Positions 10,123 through 18,259 of a DNA stretch of 64,000 bases are shown one piece after another. The translations under genes were made by a program, and so were the position numbers. How positions within the stretch are numbered: position 1 is the stretch's first letter; each line of letters starts with the position of its first letter. This DNA is from an uncultured Thermoplasmata archaeon (lineage in GTDB: Archaea > Thermoplasmatota > Thermoplasmata > Lutacidiplasmatales > UBA184), in assembly GCA_963730815.1 (NCBI GenBank), contig CAVSTD010000003.1:37570-101569 (forward strand). The letters run 5' to 3'. The notes under the pieces were generated by a model, which made no database searches, was not told the DNA's origin, and worked only from the letters and a program-made list of their open reading frames with translations.

Positions 10123-11994
10123 GTGGTCGACCCCATCCAGCTCACGAGCGACATCGTGAACGACACCGTCTCCCTGGCCCTTCCCGGCCTCCTCTGGGCC
10201 GTGCTGTTCCTGGTCGCCTGGGAACACGCGCCGTTCGCCGAGAGCATCGGGTTCGGCCGCCGGGCGTTTTGGTTGCTGCTGCCGGGCGCCCTCCTCGCGT
10301 CGTTCGCGCTCCTGCCGATCGCGCCCGTCTCCACGGATTGGGTGGCGGTGAGCTTCGCCGGAGCCGTTTTCCCGCTCCTCGTCGGGCTGCTTGCCTTCGG
10401 CCGGGCCGCCCCACCTCGTTCCCGATCCCTGTCCCGTTACCTACTCCTGCTCGCCATCGAAGGAGGCGTGCTCTTTCTCCTGGTCCTTTCGGGGACGGCC
10501 GGCTTCTCGCACTCCTTCGCGCAGGCGTTCGGCACCACGAATTACGTCGGGAACGAGCTCGCGGTGATGGTGGTCGCGACGGCCTACTGCGCGGTGGTGG
10601 GTGGGGTCGCTCTCGTCTCCCGGGACCTCCTTTTCCGGAAGGTAGCTTTCCTCGTTGCGCTCACCTCAGGGGTACTCGTGGGAACGTTCATTGCGTCGAG
10701 CGCGATCCCTGGAGTGGGGATCGCCGAATCGTTCCCCTTCTACCTCGTTCCCCCCGTGATGGCCGGTTTGATCGCCGTCCTTCTGGCCGGCCGGGTCTTC
10801 CCGAACGAGGAGGGTTATGCCATCCCCACGGCGTTCTTGGCCAGCACCTTCGGGGTACTCCTCGGGGCCGACCTCCTTCGTCAACCTCCGCTGTATGGGT
10901 CCGGCCCGTTGGGGTTGTACACGATCGGGGGCGCCGGGGTGCTCGACCTCGTCTACCTTTCGGGACTGCTCGCCTTCGCCGCGGCGTACGCGGGCCACCG
11001 CCTCACCAGTGGAGGGATGCAAGCGGTGGGTCCGGCTTCCCCCGATCGGACCCTCTCGCCGATGACCCGCCTGTTGCGCGCGTTCCGCTCCGGGTTGGAC
11101 GGACGACTCTCCGACTCCCTCAACGAATCTTCGGCAGCGAGCCACGCGGCCACGGAACAGACTCGACAGCTGTTGGGGTTGGCCCCCTCCGCCGATGGCC
11201 GCTCCTGGCAGGACCTACCCGTGCCGGGCTGGATCGTCTCCGACCAGGCCAATCTCGATGCGGCCGCTCGGGCGGGCACGGGGGACGGGCGCGAGGGGTT
11301 CCGGGCCTGGTTGACCGCCCGCTGGCTCGTCCTGATCGCCCGGGACCTCGGCGTTCGTCGATTCGCCTCCATCGGCGCCCGGGCCGCGGCGTTCGCCGTC
11401 GATCTCGCGCTCGTGACCGCACCGGCGGTGGCGCTCTGGGCGGCGTTGCTCCTGACGATGTCCGGCGGACTCTCGGACGCGCTGTCGAACCTGGCGTTCA
11501 ACGCTGCTATCTTCGGATACATCGCCTGGGCGTTCCTCTACTTCGTCCTGGCCGAGACGTTCGAAGGAACGACCGTCGGGAAGCGTCTCTTCGGACTCGA
11601 AGTTCGGGAGCGGGCGCTCGCTGCCCCGAGCGGGCTCTCGGCTCTGGTTCGCAACTCCACCGTCGTGCCCCTCCTTTCGGTCGTGGGCATCGGGATCGCC
11701 ATCGCCCTCGCCTTCGGACTCAAGAGCGGGGCCTCGGGTACGCTGACACTCCTCGGTGTCGCATTGCCGGCCGGGCTGCTTGCCTTGGTCGGAGTCCTCT
11801 CGTTCGTTCTCGGCGGAGTGGCCCTGCTGGGCGTCGGGGCAATCGCGCTCATCGCCGCGACGTCCGAACGGCAACGGCTCGGAGACCTCTGGGCCGGTAC
11901 GTGGGTGGTCCGACGCGAGCCGTCGGCCGCTACGGGTGGGGCGCCGCCGGCGGTGGCGTCCCCGCCGCCCCCGGAACCGGGCCGGTCCGGTTGA
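10123..11994 (+). CDS. Multi-pass membrane protein, DUF1614-like domain fused to C-terminal RDD domain
   Basis: LLGADLL...IGGAGVLDLVYLSGLL (DUF1614-like); RAAAFAVD, GTTVGKRLFGLEV, RQRLGDLWAGTWVVR (RDD). Confidence 0.7.
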   Translation: MVDPIQLTSDIVNDTVSLALPGLLWAVLFLVAWEHAPFAESIGFGRRAFWLLLPGALLASFALLPIAPVSTDWVAVSFAGAVFPLLVGLLAFGRAAPPRSRSLSRYLLLLAIEGGVLFLLVLSGTAGFSHSFAQAFGTTNYVGNELAVMVVATAYCAVVGGVALVSRDLLFRKVAFLVALTSGVLVGTFIASSAIPGVGIAESFPFYLVPPVMAGLIAVLLAGRVFPNEEGYAIPTAFLASTFGVLLGADLLRQPPLYGSGPLGLYTIGGAGVLDLVYLSGLLAFAAAYAGHRLTSGGMQAVGPASPDRTLSPMTRLLRAFRSGLDGRLSDSLNESSAASHAATEQTRQLLGLAPSADGRSWQDLPVPGWIVSDQANLDAAARAGTGDGREGFRAWLTARWLVLIARDLGVRRFASIGARAAAFAVDLALVTAPAVALWAALLLTMSGGLSDALSNLAFNAAIFGYIAWAFLYFVLAETFEGTTVGKRLFGLEVRERALAAPSGLSALVRNSTVVPLLSVVGIGIAIALAFGLKSGASGTLTLLGVALPAGLLALVGVLSFVLGGVALLGVGAIALIAATSERQRLGDLWAGTWVVRREPSAATGGAPPAVASPPPPEPGRSG

Positions 11995-12271
11995 GTGGGA
12001 TCGCGATCGCCGAAACGTTGGCCTCGCGTCCCTCCCGGTTCACGAGCCGCTCGGTGTCGATCGAGATCGGGCCAATGTTCACCTCGCCCTGCAGGAAGCG
12101 GTGGCGGACCACTTCGACCACGTCCACGGCTTTGCCGATCGCATTCCCTCGAGCCTTGACGACGACCGGTCCGGCGCCCGAATTGAGCTGGCTCACGACC
12201 TGGAAGACATAGGTCATCGTGGGCTTTTGGCCGATGAACACGGTCGCGCCGGTCGGTCCGCGCTCAGTCAT
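11930..12271 (-). CDS. albA: DNA/RNA-binding protein Alba
   Basis: VFIGQKPTMTYV, VVVKARGNAIGKAVDVVE, NVSAIAI. Confidence 0.93.
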   Translation of the reverse strand: MTERGPTGATVFIGQKPTMTYVFQVVSQLNSGAGPVVVKARGNAIGKAVDVVEVVRHRFLQGEVNIGPISIDTERLVNREGREANVSAIAIPLNRTGPVPGAAGTPPPAAPHP

Positions 12272-12351
12272 GGAAAGGCCGGCACCCCGTCCTCGTACAA
12301 GGCCTTTTTCGACCTGGGCCCGGTCCGAGTACCCGGCGCCGGTTCCGTTCG

Positions 12352-12362
12352 TAAAGGTTAAT
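12352..12362 (+). promoter_or_regulatory. Probable BRE/TATA promoter of tRNA-Leu
   Basis: TAAAGGTTAAT AT-rich motif 30-40 bp upstream of the tRNA in a GC-rich background. Confidence 0.5.
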
Positions 12363-12392
12363 GCGGAAACCGAGTAGGCGCGGAAGACCCGT

Positions 12393-12477
12393 GCAGGGGT
12401 GGCCCAGCTTGGTCAAAGGCGCTAGGTTGAGGTCCTAGTCTCGTAGGAGTCCGTGAGTTCAAATCTCACCCCCTGCA
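12393..12477 (+). tRNA. tRNA-Leu (GAG)
   Basis: Acceptor stem GCAGGGG/CCCCTGC, anticodon arm CTAGG-TTGAGGT-CCTAG, long variable arm, T-arm GTGAG-TTCAAAT-CTCAC, discriminator A. Confidence 0.97.
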
Positions 12478-12633
12478 CCTTTCCTCTCGTTCGTTCCGAA
12501 TTGTCGAGCTCCTCTGTCATTCAAGCGTTCGGAATGGGGTGGTTTTCCAAAGCGAGGATTACCCCGGACGGGTGTCGTGCCATCGCGGACCTGTTAAGGC
12601 CAGAGACCGACATCCCGTCCGCCAGGGCTGTCG

Positions 12634-13419
12634 ATGCCGTTCATCACTCGTGAAGGGGTCAAGATCCACTACGAGGTGGAGGGAGAGGGACCGCCTCTTC
12701 TTCTCCATCCTGGCGGTGCCGGCGACCTCGAGTCGTGGCGGCTGGCGGGTTACGCCGATGCCCTCAGGTCCGAACATCGATTGATCCTCATTGATCACCG
12801 AGGACATGGGAAGAGCGACAAGCCGGATAGTCCAACGGCCCATCGAATCGAGGAGTACCGCGATGACGTGCGTGCGGTCCTCGATGCGTTGGGATGTCCG
12901 CGCACGATCTTCGTCGGATTCTCCGACGGTTCGAAGGTCGGGGCTACGCTCGCCGAGAGTGATCCCGGTCGCGTGTTCGCGCTAGTCGACATCGACGGAC
13001 TCGAGCCTCGGGACCTGACCGACCCAAAAAGCCGGGATCGCCAGCAACGGTCCGAACTCGCCCAGTTCATACGACAACGCGGGTGGGCAAAGGCCGCCCA
13101 TGAATGGGCGAAAGATGAAGGCTACCGCGGGCCCGAATCGGTTGTCGAGAACATGGCGGCCACCGACCCCGAAATGTTTGCATTGGAACTCGAACAATGG
13201 AGGCAGTGGGACGGGCCGGCCAGCGTCCTACGTCGTCTGCGGGTCCCGGTTCTCTTGCTCCAAGCCGAACGTAACTATTCCGAAGAGGAACGTGAGGCGA
13301 TGACGCAAATGAATCCCCGATCAAGATCTCGATTGCTCCCCGGGGTCGGCCACCTAGGTGCCTTCGCCAGCGTCGACCGGGTTATTCCTTCCCTGCGGGA
13401 GTTCCTCTCGACCTTGTAG
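12634..13419 (+). CDS. Alpha/beta-fold hydrolase
   Basis: IHYEVEGEGPPLLLHPG, IDHRGHGKSD, nucleophile elbow GFSDG, C-terminal GVGH. Confidence 0.9.
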   Translation: MPFITREGVKIHYEVEGEGPPLLLHPGGAGDLESWRLAGYADALRSEHRLILIDHRGHGKSDKPDSPTAHRIEEYRDDVRAVLDALGCPRTIFVGFSDGSKVGATLAESDPGRVFALVDIDGLEPRDLTDPKSRDRQQRSELAQFIRQRGWAKAAHEWAKDEGYRGPESVVENMAATDPEMFALELEQWRQWDGPASVLRRLRVPVLLLQAERNYSEEEREAMTQMNPRSRSRLLPGVGHLGAFASVDRVIPSLREFLSTL

Positions 13420-13535
13420 CTCCCGACTCGAGATTCTCGTGCCGGACTACGAGATCCTGAAGCTGCACGCGGTTCGGAACGTCCGGAAGGCGCGGAGAGT
13501 GTAGGTTCGGTTCCTCCGCCGGACCGCTCACCCTA

Positions 13536-13638
13536 GTCTAACAGCGGGGTTGTGTAAGGGGCGGATATCTTGTCGAGGACAGGTCGGTTTCTTGCGGTAC
13601 GATGAATTGAACCAAAGGGGGATTCACACCCCCTGCAC
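13536..13638 (+). repeat. Module-end repeat R1 (att-like)
   Basis: About 80% identical to 15189-15290 by manual alignment; ends in CACCCCCTGCAC, identical to 12467-12478. Confidence 0.9.
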
Positions 13639-13700
13639 TTCACCTATCGTCCCAAATGACTTCCGACCCCCCGCGGATTGACGTCTTTGAGAAGGGTGCT

Positions 13701-14915
13701 TTAGGGAAACGGAAACGCCGTCGGCTCCCAACGAGCCGCGAGCAACAAGCTTCCGGCTGTTGAGTGGGTGACCGGCGCTATCGACGTCGTGGGAGCGTTC
13801 ACCAGGGCGACTTCGACGAGCGCACCGGTCCCGTCCTCACCGATGTAGAGGTTCCCCGTGAGGGGGTTGATCGCAATGACACCTGGCAGCGTGCCATTTC
13901 CGAGGAAAATGGATCCCACCACTTGGTTCGTGGATGCATTGATGATCGAGATGTTTCCCGACGCCGCGCACGAAACATACAGGAGCTGCGACGTCGGATT
14001 GTAAGCGTACGCGTCCGGCCAGGTGCCGAGCGTGAGACTCGCGACGATCTGGTCGGTCGCCGGGTTGAGGACCACGGCCTGATTCCCAGGACCCATCCAG
14101 AGCCACCCGCCGAGCATCACATAGACATAACCGTTCAACGGGTCGAAGAATGTGGACGTGGGTCCTTCACTCCCCGGCATCAAAACGCTGTCGAACGGAG
14201 TACCGTTGAGTTCCCCGATCTCCGAGACCGCGTTGTCGCCGCGAGCGGGGAAGTAGATGACGTGGGTGCTCTCGTTGATCGCATACCCGTTCCCGCCGCC
14301 CGGATTCTCGTCGATCGGCAGGACTCGGGTCAAGTTGTAGGTGATCGGGTTGATCTACAAGATGGAATCCGGAGGGTTGTTGGCGAGGACGAGCAATTGA
14401 CCGGTGGAAGGGTCGAGCTGCTCGCCCACCATGTATCCGTACGGACTGTAGTCCCGCGTGGTCTGAATCGTGTTGGTGGTCGTGTTGATCACCGTGAGAT
14501 TGCTCGCATAGTCGTTCGAGACGAACAGGAGGTGATGGGAGGGGTCGAGTACCAATCCTCGTGCGTCGGATCCCGTGCGGATGACCTGGGTTACTTGGAA
14601 CGGACTGGGATTCACGATGGAGACCGTTTGGGAGAACTCCGAGGCTACGTACAGCACCGCGCTTTGGGGGTCGTAAATCACATACTGAGGCCAGAACCCG
14701 ACGGGAACACTGCTCACATTGATCTGGGCGATGGTCGCAACGACCGCATAATGCGCGCTGCCTCCCGCCTTACCGTTGCCACCCGGGGTCGGGGTTACCT
14801 CCTTCCCGTTGCTGCCAGGGCTCGGAGCGCCGACGACATAGAGAAACGTGCCCAGCACGGCGACGACCACCACGGCCACGACCAGCGCTTGCCGCAAGGA
14901 CGGCGACAACGACAT
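13701..14915 (-). pseudogene. Membrane-anchored YncE/YVTN-type beta-propeller protein with one in-frame TAG
   Basis: N-terminal TM helix; repeats YDPQSAVLYVASEFSQTVSIVN and YNPTSQLLYVSCAASGNISIIN; ORFs 14355-15053 and 13701-14333 share a frame and are separated only by TAG at 14355-14357. Confidence 0.75.
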
Positions 14916-15188
14916 CTGCCGCGGGCCCCTTTCCACGCCGCCCGCGACGGGGTACTCCTCCGGCAGTACATGGGGTTTGTCGCTTTGCCTCGTCTTGGGA
15001 AAGTGTCGTTCCGGGCGCCGGTGCGGGAGCGTCTTGGGCCCGGTGCGCAACATGGATTTTCGCTGACAGGGGTCTTCGATTCGGCCGCCACAACTCCGTC
15101 GAATTCGGGTCCACGCGCTAGATCGATCCGGGCGACGAAAGGGGCACCCTGGGTAAGTCGCCCTCCGTTCCCCGGGTGGCCCACCCGT

Positions 15189-15297
15189 GTCTAACGGCGG
15201 GGTTGCGCACGGGGTGGATATCCCATCCGGACGGGTCGGTTTCCTGCAATACGATGAACTGAACCCACGGAGGGTTCACACCCCCCGGACCTTTCCT
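15189..15297 (+). repeat. Module-end repeat R2 (att-like)
   Basis: Aligns to R1; its end CACCCCCCGGACCTTTCCT matches tRNA end plus flank CACCCCCTGCACCTTTCCT (12467-12485) at 17/19. Confidence 0.9.
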
Positions 15298-15391
15298 TTT
15301 CTCTCTACACTCCCGATGAGCGGGCTCGTTCCTGACTGTTGCCGAACTGCTCTATCGATTCTGCCTTCGGCAAGGATGCGGGCAGTACTCA

Positions 15392-16237
15392 CTACCCCTC
15401 GGTGTACGCGATCCAAAGGGGCGTAAGAAGTTGAAGAACACACTGAGATGTATTGTCGTTGTAGAAGACGAAAGTGTAGGTTCCCGGACCGACTAGTAGA
15501 AGGGGGTTTGAGGAGAGAAAGGGCCCTCCTATGCCCCCGCTGGCCTCTATGAACCACGAGAGAACGGTCCAGTTGAACGCCGATTGATTGGCCTGAAAGG
15601 ATGCCCATTGGGAAGGGTCCATGAAGCCTGCGGAGAAACCAGTGTTGACTTTGCCATCTGAATAGAACGCGATTCGGCCGGCGTTAGGTGGAATCGAGAC
15701 GGACCAACTCAGGTAGTGCATTGGGCCGATGACTTGGGTTCCGGCCGATTGGAGCAGAATCGTGGTCCGATCAAACAGCAACTCAACCGGTTGGGTGATG
15801 GTTACTTTGGTGATGTTGGCTGGCCAACTACCGGTCGTGAAGATAAGGTCATACGAGCCCGGAAAAAGCGTCGTATTGTATGATCCATTCAATGAGTCGC
15901 AAGTTTGCACCGGGCAAGTGTAAGTCGACCCTGCGGGGATTACGGCCGTATCCGTCAGCTGGGTAGCGTTCCACGCTCCTAGGAATGTGATCGACTCGTT
16001 GATACAGAAAGGGAAGGCAGCTTCAGCATGTCCGGTTGCATTCGGCGAGACTGTGAAATTGATCCCTTTTGACAAGAGAGTTACTGCCTTGGAGGTATTG
16101 GGGGTGGAGGCGCACTTAGCGGACGGAGGGATCGGGGAGGGGAAGGCTTGAAGGGTGATGACTGAGACCAGAATCAAGGTCGTGGCGGCTGCAACCGTCC
16201 CCGCCACTTTCAGGCTCTTCGGAGACGGGCCTCCCAT
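15392..16237 (-). CDS. Hypothetical exported/surface protein
   Basis: N-terminal hydrophobic anchor, Ser/Thr/Asn-rich with many N-x-S/T sequons, two beta-sandwich-like halves (PGSYDLIF, PGTYTFVF); AT-richer codons. Confidence 0.75.
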   Translation of the reverse strand: MGGPSPKSLKVAGTVAAATTLILVSVITLQAFPSPIPPSAKCASTPNTSKAVTLLSKGINFTVSPNATGHAEAAFPFCINESITFLGAWNATQLTDTAVIPAGSTYTCPVQTCDSLNGSYNTTLFPGSYDLIFTTGSWPANITKVTITQPVELLFDRTTILLQSAGTQVIGPMHYLSWSVSIPPNAGRIAFYSDGKVNTGFSAGFMDPSQWASFQANQSAFNWTVLSWFIEASGGIGGPFLSSNPLLLVGPGTYTFVFYNDNTSQCVLQLLTPLWIAYTEG

Positions 16238-16480
16238 ATCTGACCCGAACTAGTCGGTTTCGACTTATCTGCTTGAGGGGGAGTTGCCCCCACGTGCGAA
16301 TGCTCGCACCTTCGTGAAGCGCCTGAAGAATTGCTTGGTCCGATACCGTGCGATTGGTGCATGGCTCAACAGACGTCCGGATCGCGTCCGAGTTCTCTCC
16401 TCGAGTCAGCTAGTCTTCGATCCTGACCCCTGCCAGCTTGGAGTGCTTTCCGGTTTGGGAGTGGTGAGAACCCGACCGGG

Positions 16481-16519
16481 CGATGAACCAAACGAATCAG
16501 CGATTCGCACCCGCCGCAT
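16481..16519 (+). repeat. Degenerate module-end repeat R3
   Basis: CGATGAACCAAACGAATCAGCGATTCGCACCCGCCGCAT aligns without gaps to 13600-13638 at 27/39. Confidence 0.55.
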
Positions 16520-16619
16520 CGTTCTTCCCGCGCCGCGGGCAAGATAGCGGAGACCTCTCGCCGCTGCCTCCGCAGCAACTCGCGTTTTAAGACCCTGCGA
16601 ACCTGTGTCTCCGAGTCGG

Positions 16620-17609
16620 ATGGCCGAAGTAGGCGTGGTCTGCCCCAAGTGCGGGGCGACGGTCCCCCCGGAGGCACTCGTGTGCCCGGAGTGTCACACC
16701 TTTCTCGATGAGCCGGCGCCCGCCGAGCCCGTGACCCCCGTTGCCATGCCGGAGTCCCGCCCGCCGCGCGCCCCTCCGGCGGCGAGACCTGCACGGACCT
16801 CGAGCCCGGATGCCCAGAACCCTTTTGCCGCCGAGCTCGCCCGCCGTCTCGCCCGCCTCAACCAATGGGCGGACGGGGTCCAACCCCTCGGAGCTCAGCT
16901 GCCGAGGCTGCCCGCGTGGGCCGAGGAGTCCGCACGCACCGCGAGCAATCCCGAACCCTGGGCCGAGGCCGTCCGGGGGGTGGAGCGACTCGCCCAGAAA
17001 CGGGTGGTGGCCGCGTTCGAGGAGTGGGAAAAGCGGACGAAATCTCGCCTCAGTCGTCTCGAGGCTTATTCGGTCGACAGCCGCCTGGAGCGGGACCAGA
17101 TCGAGGACGCGCTCCACTCGGCCCGCACCGGCGACGTCGCCCAGGCGCTTTCTTCCTACCAACAAGTCGAACGAGTCGTTGCGCTCAAGGAACGTCACCT
17201 CGACCAGGCTCGGGAGGAGCTCGAGCGGGTGATCGCCCTCCTGCACGACATGGACGCGCTCGGGATCGAGCCGCCGCAGGATTCGACCGAGGTCGCGGAC
17301 GACCTTGAGAGCGAACTGCGCGCGGGCAAGCTCGCCGCGTTGAAGCAACAGACCCGGGCGATCCGGCTCCAGGCGGTCACGCGCCTGAAGGCGGGTTTGC
17401 CTCAGTACATCTCCGAGTATGGCGATTACCTGCTAGGCGAACGGGCCCACGGGATCGCGACCGAACTCGAGGCAATCGAGCTCGCGCGCGGAGCCCGGGA
17501 ATTCTTCCGGGGGAAACCGGAAGACGGGGTGCGGCGTCTTCGAGCACTCCAGCAACGCCATGGGCTGCCGCCGAACCGACCGGCGCACGCCGCTCCTCGA
17601 GCCCGTTGA
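16620..17609 (+). CDS. Zn-ribbon + coiled-coil hypothetical protein
   Basis: CPKCG...CPECH N-terminus, Pro-rich linker, long helical region. Confidence 0.75.
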   Translation: MAEVGVVCPKCGATVPPEALVCPECHTFLDEPAPAEPVTPVAMPESRPPRAPPAARPARTSSPDAQNPFAAELARRLARLNQWADGVQPLGAQLPRLPAWAEESARTASNPEPWAEAVRGVERLAQKRVVAAFEEWEKRTKSRLSRLEAYSVDSRLERDQIEDALHSARTGDVAQALSSYQQVERVVALKERHLDQAREELERVIALLHDMDALGIEPPQDSTEVADDLESELRAGKLAALKQQTRAIRLQAVTRLKAGLPQYISEYGDYLLGERAHGIATELEAIELARGAREFFRGKPEDGVRRLRALQQRHGLPPNRPAHAAPRAR

Positions 17610-17626
17610 ACGTAACGTCGCGTTCG

Positions 17627-18160
17627 CTAGAGCACTCGCTCGAACAGGGTGACGTCCTCGCCCCACTCGTGCTTGTGGAGCACGCCGGCCTGGGCGAACC
17701 CGAGATGCTGGAAGAGAGCCGTGGCCGGTGCGAAGCGGCTGAGGGAATCGATCCAGATGGCGGTCGCGTTCGATTTCTTGGCCCACTCGACCGCCGCCGC
17801 GACGAGCGATGTGGCCACACCCTGGCGTCGGGTCTCCGGGTCGACCGCGAGGTCCATCATGCGGACGCTGGCGTGCCGGATCTCGCAACCGATGATGCCC
17901 ACGAGTCGTCCGTCCTTGCGGGCCGCAAAGTAGGTGACGCCTTCCATCCAGCTCGTGAACTCGAGCGCGGTGGGTTGCCACGTCTTGACGAAGTCGGCCG
18001 GAACCCCCGGAGGGGCGGGCTCCCAGACCCGTCGGTAGAGGGCGCAGATCGCGGGGACGTCCTGGTGCGTGATCCGTTCGACCAGCACCGCGCCGGGCGT
18101 TTTCTCGGTCGGGGTTCCCGAGCGCTCGCCTCCCCGGACCGGTACCTGCTCTGATGCCAC
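17627..18160 (-). CDS. GNAT-family N-acetyltransferase
   Basis: LAVDPETRRQGVATSL motif A; ALFQHLGF. Confidence 0.85.
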   Translation of the reverse strand: MASEQVPVRGGERSGTPTEKTPGAVLVERITHQDVPAICALYRRVWEPAPPGVPADFVKTWQPTALEFTSWMEGVTYFAARKDGRLVGIIGCEIRHASVRMMDLAVDPETRRQGVATSLVAAAVEWAKKSNATAIWIDSLSRFAPATALFQHLGFAQAGVLHKHEWGEDVTLFERVL

Positions 18161-18259
18161 TCTACGTTCTCCGACGAGCGCGCCAAGTACCGGAGACCCG
18201 CCGGCGCTCTTGAACATTGCCCACGAACGGAGCGAGCGCGGGCAGCGTCGCGCGTCCGG

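Larger units (their letters stand above)
12479..16519. mobile_element. tRNA-Leu-anchored island of three single-gene modules (putative cassette array)
   Basis: Visibly lower GC, starts at the tRNA 3' end, contains three related repeats each ending in a copy of the tRNA 3' end; no integrase in window. Confidence 0.7.

Noticed and set aside
14355-14357. Pyrrolysine recoding
   Set aside because: Single case, no pyl genes in the window, and TAG terminates several normal genes.
13536-15290. R1/R2 as extra tRNA genes, CRISPR repeats or C/D-box sRNAs
   Set aside because: No cloverleaf or anticodon arm; spacing over 1 kb and ~100 bp length do not fit CRISPR; CGATGA/CTGA are not arranged as terminal C/D boxes in both copies.
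16250-16480. Integrase remnant in the distal part of the island
   Set aside because: Short ORFs there show no tyrosine or serine recombinase motifs.
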